A DNA stretch of 64,000 nucleotides from Candidatus Omnitrophota bacterium. GTDB lineage: Bacteria; Omnitrophota; Gorgyraeia; Zapsychrales; JAKLDJ01. The translations under genes were made by a program, and so were the position numbers. Below, one piece after another: positions 32,244-42,279 of this stretch. Location of the stretch: the NCBI GenBank assembly GCA_022703585.1, contig JAKLDJ010000004.1:71594-135593 (forward strand), read 5' to 3'. The notes under the pieces were generated by a model. The model ran no database searches. It was given only the letters and a program-made list of their open reading frames with translations, and was not told the DNA's origin. Numbering within the stretch: position 1 is the first letter of the stretch; every line of letters begins with the position of its first letter.

Positions 32244-32597
32244 ATGCATCATAACGCTATCGTCGTCGCTTCCGGCATGATCGCCCTCCTGGTGTCGGGG
32301 TGTCTCACCCCGTCCGGCAGTAAAACCCGCCCGGATCCCAAGCAAGTACTTGAACTAAAAATACAGAATTTCCAGGCCTTGGAGCAGGCGATTAAGACCG
32401 GCGCCATCCAGGCCGGGATGACGACCGAACAAATCCGAGAATCTTACGGTGAACCAGACGATATTTTCAGCTCAGGATCAACAATGGGAGAATTCGAAAT
32501 CTGGGCTTACGAACGCATTACAGCAAAAAGCGCCGATGTCTTCCGTCCCGTAAGGCTCTATTTCAACAACAACAAATTAGTCAGCTGGCATTATTAA
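32244..32597 (+). CDS. Lipoprotein, BamE/SmpA-OmlA-like
   Basis: Lipobox LVSGC after the signal peptide. Small beta-rich domain with GMTTEQIRESYGEPD, reminiscent of BamE. Confidence 0.5.
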   Translation: MHHNAIVVASGMIALLVSGCLTPSGSKTRPDPKQVLELKIQNFQALEQAIKTGAIQAGMTTEQIRESYGEPDDIFSSGSTMGEFEIWAYERITAKSADVFRPVRLYFNNNKLVSWHY

Positions 32598-32710
32598 CAA
32601 TGGCGCTTAATATTGCCTCAGACATCACCCGTCAGCCTTTTGGATTTGATGAAATTTATCCTTGATATTTATCCTTCTTTCGCTTAAAATCATCAACAAT
32701 TTAAAAATGC

Positions 32711-32756
32711 TTTTATTGGCGGGGTAGCTCAGCCCGATAGAGCACTCGGCTCATAC
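32711..32756 (+). repeat. attL-like direct repeat (7 nt upstream plus first 39 nt of the tRNA(CAT) gene)
   Basis: ttttattggcggggtagctcagcccgatagagcactcggctcatac is identical to 46325-46370. The copy diverges immediately after the anticodon loop. Confidence 0.85.
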
Positions 32757-32864
32757 GCTATAAAATTAGAAATTAAAATTCAATTTTTTACTCCCATCAT
32801 TAATTAAATCCTCCCAAATAACCTTCATTGATTAAGAATAAGTTTGTCATAACGCTAAAATGTT

Positions 32865-33773
32865 ATGAAATTAAACGATGCGTATGATGAATTTATCAAC
32901 TCAGCACTTTTGGAAAGATGTTTAGAGCAAACAACTATTGATTGGTATTCTCGTTGCATTCAGCCAGTATTTAAATACTTCCGCTACAACCTCATTCCGC
33001 TAGAAGTTGATTCTCTAACAGTCGAAAATCTAAGAAAATATTTTATTAGTTACAAACAAAAAGGAAACACTTCAAGGACTGTGCTTAATGCAATGCAGGG
33101 CACTAGGTCTTTTTGTAGTTTTCTACTCAAGAGGGGGTATTTGCAAAAAAATCCTTTCCTTGAACTTGAAAAACCAAAGCTACCTAAAACACTTCCTGAA
33201 TTCTTAGATGAAGAAGAGGCAAAAAAATTACTACAAGCATGTATTAATCTCAAAAGAACCTACAAATCTAGGTGGAGCAGAGACATTGCTATTATCGCTT
33301 TGTTTCTCTTTGCTGGTTTGCGCAAGAAAGAACTTTTAAACTTAAAACTAAACGATTTCAATCAAGAAAAAGGATATATCAAAGTTTCTGCAAAGAATAA
33401 AGAGAGATTAGTTCCATTATGCGATACAGCTAAATCATTTCTACTGGATTATCTGAAAATAAGACCCAAAAGAGTGCTGGTCGATAATATTTTTGTGTCT
33501 ACTAACAGAAAATCATCTGCACTAACGCAACAGGGGTTATACGATTTATTCCTGGATTTACGTAAGCTAGTACAGTTTAGGATAAAGAAAAAGCTTAGCC
33601 CCCAAATTCTGAGGCATACTTTTTGCACCTTAATGCTCCGAAATGGCGTAAATTTGCGGGATATTCAGCTTTTAGCAGGGCATTCGGATATATCTACTAC
33701 GGCAAGATTTTATTTGGGGTGTGATGAAAAACAGCTAAAAAGTGCGGTAGATAGACATCCGTTGAATATTTGA
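32865..33773 (+). CDS. int: Tyrosine-type site-specific recombinase/integrase
   Basis: C-terminal catalytic region LRHTFCTLMLRNGVNLRDIQLLAGHSDISTTARFY (R...HxxR...Y). N-terminal SAM-like core-binding domain. Confidence 0.9.
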   Translation: MKLNDAYDEFINSALLERCLEQTTIDWYSRCIQPVFKYFRYNLIPLEVDSLTVENLRKYFISYKQKGNTSRTVLNAMQGTRSFCSFLLKRGYLQKNPFLELEKPKLPKTLPEFLDEEEAKKLLQACINLKRTYKSRWSRDIAIIALFLFAGLRKKELLNLKLNDFNQEKGYIKVSAKNKERLVPLCDTAKSFLLDYLKIRPKRVLVDNIFVSTNRKSSALTQQGLYDLFLDLRKLVQFRIKKKLSPQILRHTFCTLMLRNGVNLRDIQLLAGHSDISTTARFYLGCDEKQLKSAVDRHPLNI

Positions 33774-33797
33774 TTTTACCAGAAGAAAGCGTATAAT

Positions 33798-36700
33798 ATG
33801 CGCATGTCCGCATTAGTCGAAGAAAGAATAAAGAGATGGAAAAACAAATTAATAGACCTATCTAAACGTAATCGACTCCTCAATTTTAAGCCCACCAAAA
33901 CAACCACTATTCAGATTGTAGACGAAATTCCATCAGAAGCTTATCGTACTATTGTTCTAAATGAAAGTGTCATGTCTTTTCTTCCAGCAGATGGCGATAT
34001 CGAAGGCGACAAAGACAATACGGGTTCTTCCAGTCAGCTTGAAATAAAAGAATTTCAAGATTACGCTCAAGAAGAATTAGACACAAAACACACTGATTTA
34101 TACCTTCAAACAAACTTGGGTGAAAGCCATCTCGACAAGAATTTATTTCGCATTACTTCAATCGCTACATCGGTTATGGAAGAACAAGGTTATAACTCTT
34201 TGTTTTTGGCATTAGGTTTTTTGGAGTGGTATGAATCAAAAGATTCGGATGTTAAGTTTAGGTCTCCTATCCTTTTAATTCCTGTGCAATTAAACAGAAA
34301 ATCAGTCAAAAGTGATTATACTTTGAGTTTTGGTGAAGATGCGCCTATTTTGAATCCTGCATTAATATATATGCTTTCGCTTGATTTTGGCATTGATTTA
34401 GAGGACATAAGCGAAGAATTAGAACAAATTGAACCCAGAGAAATATTCAGAAAAATACAGGAAGCGATTCAGGAATTTGAACGTTGGAAAGTAACTAATG
34501 ATATCTTTTTAAGTTTGTTTTCATTTACGAAATTTATTATGTTTAAAGATTTAGAAAAGAATATGGGCACGCTCATTGATAATAAAGTTATCCAAATTAT
34601 TTGTGGTGTGGGGAGAGAAGAAAATATAGCCTTGGACGACATTTGCCCATTAGGAGAAATTGAGAAAAATACGAAACCGGAGAAAACTTTTCAAATTCTT
34701 GATGCAGACTCAAGCCAACAAAGAGCAATTCTCGTAGTCAAAAAAGGACATAACCTTATTATCGAAGGCCCCCCAGGAACAGGAAAGTCGCAAACAATAG
34801 CCAACATGATTGCGGAAAGTCTAACAGAAGGGAAGAAAGTATTATTTGTGAGTGAGAAAATGGCAGCTCTTGAGGTTGTAAAGAATCGGCTTGAATTAGC
34901 CGGTATTGGAGATTATTGCTTAGAACTGCATAGCCGTAAGACTAATAAAAAAAGGGTAGCTGAGGAACTTGGAAGGGTGATGGAACAACGAAAAAAGCCC
35001 GACCATAGCCATAATGATGAATTAGCTAAATTAGAGAGATTGCGTTCAGAATTAAATCGCTACGTATCAGATTTGCATAAAATATTTGGCGGGCTTCAGA
35101 TGACCCCGTACCAAGCAATTGGGATAGTTAATGCACATCCAGATATGCCAGACTTAGAATACATGTTTAATAACACCAAAGAGTGGTCAAAAGATAAATT
35201 TGATATAATCTGTGAACTTTTTGAGAAATTAAGTCGAAATATATTGAATATCGGACAACCACGATTGCATCCTTGGTTCGGTACAAGTCTTATCGAATTA
35301 GTTTATTCTGACAAAACAAATCTAAGAAACCATTTCAATAACATAAGTAGAATAGTTTCTGAGCTAAAAATTAGTATTGATGCATTGAGTGAAATCAGTT
35401 CATTTGGTGATGTAAAAACTATTTCCGATATTCAAGAATTGTTAGATGCATCTGAAATTTTGAAACTTTCGCCTAACGTAGCAAGTGATTTGCTAAAAGA
35501 TAAACGTTGGAATGATATCAGTGCAGATGTGAGACAAGCTATTAGTGCAGTACAAACATTTAATACTTTTGAGAAGAAATATTCAAGCCAGTATAAAATG
35601 ACGGTGTTGAATGAAAACATTGAGGAGATTCTCCAAAGATATAAAACTTATACGAGTAACATGTTTTTTGTATTTAAATTTAGTTTCTGGAAAGATAGTA
35701 AAGTTCTCAAGAGTCATTTTACAGGTAAGAGAAAAATTAACCTAAAGGAACTAATCAAGGAATTAGACGAATTATTTCTTTGGAAAAAGTCTGCACAGCA
35801 AATAGACGATTTTAGTAAAAATGGAAATGAGCTTTTTGGTGAACGATGGAGAGGGCGTAAGTCCAGTGGCGAAGAACTCCAAAAGTTCTCAGAATGGATT
35901 GTCAAATTTAGATATCATGTAATTAAGAATCATTTTAAAGATAAGGTTTTTGAAAGCAGCAAAGATAAATCTTCTCTTGAAGATTTACAAACGAAAGTAA
36001 AAAACAACTTGGATGAATTTAATGGTGTTTTAAGCTCAATCAATAGCATCGTAAAATTCGATTATAAATTAGCTTTTAGTACTAAGCTCTGCGAACATAA
36101 TGACCTTGATATGATAAGAGGGAAATTAAATAAGATGAGCGAGTCGATGGAAGAAGTAGACCCTTGGCTAAGCTTTCAGAGAGTATACCAAGAATGTGAG
36201 AAGGAGGGGTTAACTGAATTTATTGATGTGCTTTTAGCCAAAGATATTAAACCAGAAGCATACGTGACGGCTTTTAAATGTCAATTCTTACGATGTTGGT
36301 TGGATGAGGTTTTCTCTGAGAGAGATAGATTAAGAAATTTTCAAGGTAAAAACCATGAACAATTGATTGAGCAATTCAAACAATTAGATTGCAAACAAAT
36401 TGAATTGGCAAAGGTTCGAATCCAACATCTTCTTTCTGGAAATTATGATTCAAGTTGGAAAGGAGCTCAGAGTTCTGAGAGAGGAATACTGGAGCGTGAA
36501 GTTAGAAAAAAAAGAGCACATAAGCCTCTTAGAAAGTTATTTAAAGAAATACCTCACTTGTTATTATCACTAAAACCCTGTTTAATGATGAGTCCTTTAA
36601 CTGTCGCACAGTTTTTGGAGCCAGACTTATTCGATTTTGACTTGGTTATTTTTGATGAAGCTAGCCAAGTGCCTCCTCAGGACAGTATTGGAGCAATTAT

Positions 36701-38498
36701 GCGTGGTAAGCAAATAGTTATTGCAGGTGACGCTAAGCAGTTGCCACCAACTTCATTTTTTCAATCAACGGTATTGGATACTGAAGATGATGATGAATTT
36801 GATGAGTATATCCCAGAAGATTTAGATAGCATTCTAGATGAATGTGCGTCAGTTGGCTTGCCTCGGACTTTATTAGAATGGCATTACAGAAGCAAACACG
36901 AGTCTTTAATCGCATATTCGAACAAATATTATTATGAAAATAGATTAAATACTTTTCCTAATTCAATAGATGTGAGTGATACGCTTGGAATTAAATTCAA
37001 TTATTTTCCAGAGTCACAGTACCGTAAGGGCGGTGTAAATATTCTTGAAGCACAAGAAGTTGCTAAAAGAGTGTTTCAACATTTTAAGGAGAATCCTGAT
37101 ATAAGTTTAGGTGTGGGGACGTTCAGTATCAAACAAAAATATGCCATAGAGGATGCTGTTGAAGAATTAAGAAAGAACGATACAAGCTTAGAAGACTTGT
37201 TTTCTCCGGATAGGCCAGAGCATTTCTTTGTTAAGAATCTAGAATCAATACAGGGAGATGAGCGAGACGTAATCTTTATTAGTATTGGATATGGTAAGGA
37301 TGATTCTGGAAAATTGCCAATGAGATTTGGACCTATTAATCAACTGGGTGGAGAGCGAAGGCTTAATGTTCTTATTACGCGAGCAAGAAGACGATTAGAA
37401 ATCTTCAGCTCAATACGAGGCTCCGACTTTGACTTGACTAAAACAGAAAGTGAGGGAGTGCACCTTCTCAAGAAATATCTCGATTATGCTGAGCTGGGAA
37501 GAAGCGTACTGCTTCAGGATATCGAATATTCGAATTCATCTAGTTATTCTGACTCTCCATTCGAGGAGGCAGTATATGAATCTTTAGTCAGGGCAGGATT
37601 TAAGGTTCATCAACAAGTTGGGTGTTCAGAATATAGAATTGATATGGCTATCGTCGATGTTGAATTACCGGGCAAGTATGTACTTGGCATTGAATGTGAT
37701 GGAGCAAATTATCATTCAAGTATTACAGCAAGAGATAGGGATAGACTGAGACAGCAGGTCTTAGAGGGCCTGGGATGGAATATTTATCGAATTTGGTCTA
37801 CCGATTGGTTTAAAAATAAGAAGAAGGAAACAGAAAGATTGATTGAGGCAATTAGAGAAAGCCAGAAGGGAAATAGTAAAAAAAAACTAAATAAATATAC
37901 TAGTTTTGAAATAAAACTCAATTCCGCCTCCACAGAGACATTATCGAATAAAGATAGGAAATTGGTAGATTATCAATTAACTCCCGTGGATTCCATCAGA
38001 ACATCAGATTTTTATTATCAATCAGATGAAGTTCTAGCTCAAATTTTAATTAAAATAGTCAAGTGTGAGGGGCCGATTTTTTATGAAGAAGCATGGAGGA
38101 GATTAATCCAACACTGGGGGATGCGGTCTGTAGGCAGTAGGATTCGACTCAAATTAAAAGGCTTAGAGCAATACTGCTTAAATAATAAGAAATTTGAGAA
38201 ACGAAAAGATTTTTATTGGCTTAATAAGCATCAAGAATTGAAGATTAGGAACAGAGACGTTAACGATGTTTATAAAAAGATTGAGTATGTTGCCCCAGAG
38301 GAAGTCCAAGAAGCAGTGAAATATGTTTTAAATATGGAGTACTCAATACCACTAGTTTCTTTAATATCTCAAACAGCTAAATCATTAGGCTTCCATAGGA
38401 TTGGTGATGACGTTTATTCATATATTAAGAAAGCGATTGATTTGCTTATAAAAAATGAAGATTTGTATGAAGACAACGGCAATATAAGGATTAAGTAA
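33798..38498 (+). CDS. Giant helicase-nuclease: DUF4011-like N-terminus, Upf1-like SF1 helicase (AAA_11/AAA_12), Vsr/DUF559-like PD-(D/E)xK nuclease and DUF3320-like tail
   Basis: 1566 aa. SF1 motifs: Walker A EGPPGTGKSQT, Walker B VIFDEASQV, motif III IAGDAKQLPPT, motif V IQGDERDVIFIS, motif VI NVLITRARRRLEIF. C-terminal endonuclease-like block: FEEAVYESLVRAGFKV...EYRIDMAIVD...LGIECDGANYH. Confidence 0.8.
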   Translation: MRMSALVEERIKRWKNKLIDLSKRNRLLNFKPTKTTTIQIVDEIPSEAYRTIVLNESVMSFLPADGDIEGDKDNTGSSSQLEIKEFQDYAQEELDTKHTDLYLQTNLGESHLDKNLFRITSIATSVMEEQGYNSLFLALGFLEWYESKDSDVKFRSPILLIPVQLNRKSVKSDYTLSFGEDAPILNPALIYMLSLDFGIDLEDISEELEQIEPREIFRKIQEAIQEFERWKVTNDIFLSLFSFTKFIMFKDLEKNMGTLIDNKVIQIICGVGREENIALDDICPLGEIEKNTKPEKTFQILDADSSQQRAILVVKKGHNLIIEGPPGTGKSQTIANMIAESLTEGKKVLFVSEKMAALEVVKNRLELAGIGDYCLELHSRKTNKKRVAEELGRVMEQRKKPDHSHNDELAKLERLRSELNRYVSDLHKIFGGLQMTPYQAIGIVNAHPDMPDLEYMFNNTKEWSKDKFDIICELFEKLSRNILNIGQPRLHPWFGTSLIELVYSDKTNLRNHFNNISRIVSELKISIDALSEISSFGDVKTISDIQELLDASEILKLSPNVASDLLKDKRWNDISADVRQAISAVQTFNTFEKKYSSQYKMTVLNENIEEILQRYKTYTSNMFFVFKFSFWKDSKVLKSHFTGKRKINLKELIKELDELFLWKKSAQQIDDFSKNGNELFGERWRGRKSSGEELQKFSEWIVKFRYHVIKNHFKDKVFESSKDKSSLEDLQTKVKNNLDEFNGVLSSINSIVKFDYKLAFSTKLCEHNDLDMIRGKLNKMSESMEEVDPWLSFQRVYQECEKEGLTEFIDVLLAKDIKPEAYVTAFKCQFLRCWLDEVFSERDRLRNFQGKNHEQLIEQFKQLDCKQIELAKVRIQHLLSGNYDSSWKGAQSSERGILEREVRKKRAHKPLRKLFKEIPHLLLSLKPCLMMSPLTVAQFLEPDLFDFDLVIFDEASQVPPQDSIGAIMRGKQIVIAGDAKQLPPTSFFQSTVLDTEDDDEFDEYIPEDLDSILDECASVGLPRTLLEWHYRSKHESLIAYSNKYYYENRLNTFPNSIDVSDTLGIKFNYFPESQYRKGGVNILEAQEVAKRVFQHFKENPDISLGVGTFSIKQKYAIEDAVEELRKNDTSLEDLFSPDRPEHFFVKNLESIQGDERDVIFISIGYGKDDSGKLPMRFGPINQLGGERRLNVLITRARRRLEIFSSIRGSDFDLTKTESEGVHLLKKYLDYAELGRSVLLQDIEYSNSSSYSDSPFEEAVYESLVRAGFKVHQQVGCSEYRIDMAIVDVELPGKYVLGIECDGANYHSSITARDRDRLRQQVLEGLGWNIYRIWSTDWFKNKKKETERLIEAIRESQKGNSKKKLNKYTSFEIKLNSASTETLSNKDRKLVDYQLTPVDSIRTSDFYYQSDEVLAQILIKIVKCEGPIFYEEAWRRLIQHWGMRSVGSRIRLKLKGLEQYCLNNKKFEKRKDFYWLNKHQELKIRNRDVNDVYKKIEYVAPEEVQEAVKYVLNMEYSIPLVSLISQTAKSLGFHRIGDDVYSYIKKAIDLLIKNEDLYEDNGNIRIK

Positions 38499-38524
38499 AA
38501 TATGTTTTAATAAATATACAATTT

Positions 38525-38734
38525 ATGAATGACCTATTTGATGAATTCTTAGAATATGATTTTACTATGGGGGTTGATGTTGTGAAGTGCCCGCATTGCG
38601 GTGGTGACGTGCAATGCAGCCTTTTCATTGATAGCGAAGTTGAATGTTCAGGGTGTGGAAAAAAATTTCATAAGGATGAATTAAGAGCAAATCGTAAGAA
38701 TCCTAAAGACACAATACCTAAACAGCCGAATTAG
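38525..38734 (+). CDS. Small zinc-ribbon protein
   Basis: 69 aa with CPHCGG...CSGCGKKFH (two CxxC pairs). 26 bp downstream of the helicase-nuclease gene. Confidence 0.5.
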   Translation: MNDLFDEFLEYDFTMGVDVVKCPHCGGDVQCSLFIDSEVECSGCGKKFHKDELRANRKNPKDTIPKQPN

Positions 38735-38777
38735 GTCGAGAAAAGGTTCTGTCTTTATATTATAGGGCATAGAAACT

Positions 38778-41309
38778 ATGTTTAATTTCTTCAAATTTCA
38801 AAATTATCGCTCTTACTGGAAAATAAGAAATTTGGTTTTATTATCTAAATTTTGGATACATAGGTTGTTTTTTCAAGGTAATTTAAAAATAAAAGACGCT
38901 CAGGAAGAGTTGTCAATAGTTACTCACCTAACATGGCTTGCTTCAAAAACCATTCTTTTTTCTATTCTTATCGTAGTATCTTGTGAATCATTCGAAAAAG
39001 CAATATTAAAATTTCTCCCTACTAATACAACAATCCTTCTAGCGGGAATGCACGACTTAGTTATAAGAAACTCCAGTTCTTTGGAGAATTTTATCATGAC
39101 GATTGCTTCGATACTAGGCGTGTTCTTGGGTCTTTACTTTACTGCAATTAGTATCGTAGCTAGCTCGGTATTTACAGCTGTGCCGAGCAATGTTAGAGAG
39201 TTGTACTTAAAAGAGAAAATTGGGAATACCTATATACGGATATTGGCTATCCTTTTAGCAATTTCGATTATAATCTTTGGCTGTCGGATATTTGGCTATT
39301 ACCCAAGCACGCTGCTAACCGTTTTAATGCTGATTTTTAGCTGTGTCAGCATATTCGCATTTGTAATGTTGGGGGTTAGAGCCTTTTCCTTCTTCGACCC
39401 CACTGTGTTAGTAGATATAATTTTTGCGGATTTATATGCAGATATAAGATTGGCGAGTGTAAGTGGCCTAAGGTGGCTCGATTCTAACTTTCAGTCTCAT
39501 TACCATAAGCTTGCATCAAAAAACGTAAACACCCTTGCTAATTTGGTCGAAATATGTCTAAAAAATCCTCATTTATACAAGAAATCTGTCCCGTTGCTAT
39601 CATGGCGTCTATGCTATTTTTTAAAAGATTATCAAATGCAAAAAGCCCGAATACCTACTGATAGTTACTGGTTTTCACGTATACCAAAATATAAAGACAC
39701 CTTCATCGTAGACGACACAACTTTAACAGTAGCATTACAAACTCAAACTTCTATTCAACCGGAATCTATAACTGATAATTATTGGCTGGAAGATGAAATT
39801 TTTGAAATCCTTACGAATATGCTTAGCATTATGTTAAATAATCACAATATTATAATCTCTGCCGATATTTTAGATGGTATTAATAAATATTTTGAAGATT
39901 TGGGAGAGAAACTGGAGGGTAAGAAATGCTGCGATATGTTTAAGAAAATAGAAGCAGTAATGGAACCTTATTTTCTAAGTCTTTCTGAAGAAAAATGTAA
40001 AGGAATAGCGGATGTAAATTTTGCTCTGTTTGATAGATATAACATGCTTCTGTTGTCTTGCGCGATGGGATTCAATAAATTTATTCGTGAATTCAAAACA
40101 TCTTCCTTTATGCAAAACATAGATTCCATTTTGTGGGAGGATAGGGGTGCTATTTATCGAAACTCTATGGTGCCGATGCTATTGGAAAGGCTAGAATTCC
40201 TCCAAAAACGCCTCGAATTTGAACAGAAAGTAGAAGGGGAGTTTGTTAGCCCTACTTGGTACAGAAGACAGTTACTTAGTAATAAAATTGGCTTAATAGT
40301 GAACGAAGTTTTTGAATCAATGATGAGTTCATTGCAAAATTTTTATGTTAATAGTTCCAGCGCACTTTTAAACAAAAAAGCAGTTATCTTAACAACATAT
40401 AGGGCAAAAAGAGGTCTCGAAGTATTCTGGAAAATGCAAACCCATATTCTGCATCTCAAGAAACTGATTGAAAATCTCGAAAAATTTAACATAGAAAAAG
40501 AATTGTTTTGGCCAAAGTGGGATTGGGATGTTATTGAGAAGAAAATCGATAAAAATAATGATGCCCTCATACAACAAGAAGCTAAATGCCTTCCGGCACT
40601 ATCTATCATAAATAAAACAGAGAATGAGCCAGACCTCTTCGGCGAAACATATCATAAAATCTGTGAAGAATGTTTTGCATCTTTGGCAAATAATAAAGAT
40701 GAAAAATTCTCCACAATATTTCATTCCTTATTTATAGGTGCTCTTCAAGCGCATGACCGCCTTAGAATTTCGTATAAAGACCGTGACGCCAGAACTCAAA
40801 TATTAATTTCATTTCAGCCATTAGCAGACCTTATAGAAGTAAGTGGCTATGCCAAAATATATTCTGAGTTGTTCTCTTCTCCAAAACTATGGGAAACGTG
40901 CCAGGAATGTTGGAATAATTATTTAAATAATAAAGAAAAGAAAGATGAAACAATAGAATACATCATTACGAGTTACCAATATAAAAAGGCACAATTCGGT
41001 TTATTTGCACGAGATATTTGGAAAACAAATTGGCAAATTAAACTTAATAGAAAATTGCAAGAAATGAATTTAATCGACAGTATGTTTAGAGAAGACGATT
41101 ATCCGAGAAAGCCAAAAGAGAGACTTGCGGATAAAAGTCCTTTTATCCGAACTCTGTGCAGAGGGAGATATGAACCATTTATTCGTGCTTCAGAAATTTT
41201 TCTCCTCATTTATTTTGTAAAACAACTTGGAGTTAAGAACTTTTCCGATAATCATAATTTTATTCGGCATTTGGAAGAGGAAGAAGCTAAGACCAATGTT
41301 ACGAAATAA
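38778..41309 (+). CDS. Large multi-pass membrane protein (≈6 N-terminal TM helices + ~600-aa cytoplasmic helical region), function unknown
   Basis: 843-aa ORF with hydrophobic helices between residues ~45-230 and a Lys/Glu-rich alpha-helical remainder. No recognisable catalytic motif. Confidence 0.6.
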   Translation: MFNFFKFQNYRSYWKIRNLVLLSKFWIHRLFFQGNLKIKDAQEELSIVTHLTWLASKTILFSILIVVSCESFEKAILKFLPTNTTILLAGMHDLVIRNSSSLENFIMTIASILGVFLGLYFTAISIVASSVFTAVPSNVRELYLKEKIGNTYIRILAILLAISIIIFGCRIFGYYPSTLLTVLMLIFSCVSIFAFVMLGVRAFSFFDPTVLVDIIFADLYADIRLASVSGLRWLDSNFQSHYHKLASKNVNTLANLVEICLKNPHLYKKSVPLLSWRLCYFLKDYQMQKARIPTDSYWFSRIPKYKDTFIVDDTTLTVALQTQTSIQPESITDNYWLEDEIFEILTNMLSIMLNNHNIIISADILDGINKYFEDLGEKLEGKKCCDMFKKIEAVMEPYFLSLSEEKCKGIADVNFALFDRYNMLLLSCAMGFNKFIREFKTSSFMQNIDSILWEDRGAIYRNSMVPMLLERLEFLQKRLEFEQKVEGEFVSPTWYRRQLLSNKIGLIVNEVFESMMSSLQNFYVNSSSALLNKKAVILTTYRAKRGLEVFWKMQTHILHLKKLIENLEKFNIEKELFWPKWDWDVIEKKIDKNNDALIQQEAKCLPALSIINKTENEPDLFGETYHKICEECFASLANNKDEKFSTIFHSLFIGALQAHDRLRISYKDRDARTQILISFQPLADLIEVSGYAKIYSELFSSPKLWETCQECWNNYLNNKEKKDETIEYIITSYQYKKAQFGLFARDIWKTNWQIKLNRKLQEMNLIDSMFREDDYPRKPKERLADKSPFIRTLCRGRYEPFIRASEIFLLIYFVKQLGVKNFSDNHNFIRHLEEEEAKTNVTK

Positions 41310-42279
41310 AAAAATACACCAAGACGAAAAAAGTTCGATGAAATCCATTTATTACACTCCTTTGGAGCATCGAAGGGATGTGTACAGCTCTTTTTATAAT
41401 CACATGCTAACCGAAGATATTCATTTGGGCATAATGCCCTTTGGCGGAAGAACCAAAAATGAGTTGTTTAAAGTAGCAGTTAAACCACAGGATGCGGAAA
41501 TCGAGAATTTAATAAAAGATAGTTTACTTACGCATCACGGCGAACCGTATGATTTAAAAGAAGCGATTTGCGACTTTATTGACGAAGCTGCTGCATTACT
41601 AGGATACGATGGCGTAGCTTATTACGAAATTGTATATTATACGACTTCCAAAAAGCCGACACGATTTGAGTTGCACCGTATTATCAACAGAAATATAAAA
41701 GATACGTTTGGATTATACTGGCAGTATATCCCGAGTGCTGCACGAAAATATATAGAAACGGATAAGAAATTCATCTGGCTACCTAAGAGGAGAATTATTA
41801 AAATAAAATTTCCCAGTATAATTGGTGGTTTAAATTCTCAACGAACATTAATCCACAACCTAACATGGCTGAGCGAATGTAGCGTAACACCGAAATTTGC
41901 AATGGAAGACATGAAAAAACAAAAGCAAACAAACGATTATGATTTCGTAGTTTACCAGAGAAACAAGAACATATTTTTAGCTAGAATAACGCAACGTTTA
42001 GGATGGTCTGCTCGAGGCGAATTGAATGATTATACATTAGATATTTATCAGTTATACCGATACCTAAAATTTGAGAAAACCAAAGCAATTATCCGAGAAA
42101 CTGTTTTAGGCAATCTTAATAAAGCACTAGCTACTATCGGTAAAGAAATTGGTTTTAATGCAACAATCGAAATAAGCGGTATTCCTTCAGCATCAGATTT
42201 TGATAATTACATAGATAAGCTTCTTTCGGGAGAAATGCCATTTGCCAAGGTTGTCGAGATTATGAAATATGATTGGTAA
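41296..42279 (+). CDS. Hypothetical protein, translationally coupled to the upstream membrane protein
   Basis: ATG at 41296 overlaps the preceding stop by 14 nt. 327 aa with no recognised domain. Confidence 0.5.
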   Translation: MLRNKKIHQDEKSSMKSIYYTPLEHRRDVYSSFYNHMLTEDIHLGIMPFGGRTKNELFKVAVKPQDAEIENLIKDSLLTHHGEPYDLKEAICDFIDEAAALLGYDGVAYYEIVYYTTSKKPTRFELHRIINRNIKDTFGLYWQYIPSAARKYIETDKKFIWLPKRRIIKIKFPSIIGGLNSQRTLIHNLTWLSECSVTPKFAMEDMKKQKQTNDYDFVVYQRNKNIFLARITQRLGWSARGELNDYTLDIYQLYRYLKFEKTKAIIRETVLGNLNKALATIGKEIGFNATIEISGIPSASDFDNYIDKLLSGEMPFAKVVEIMKYDW

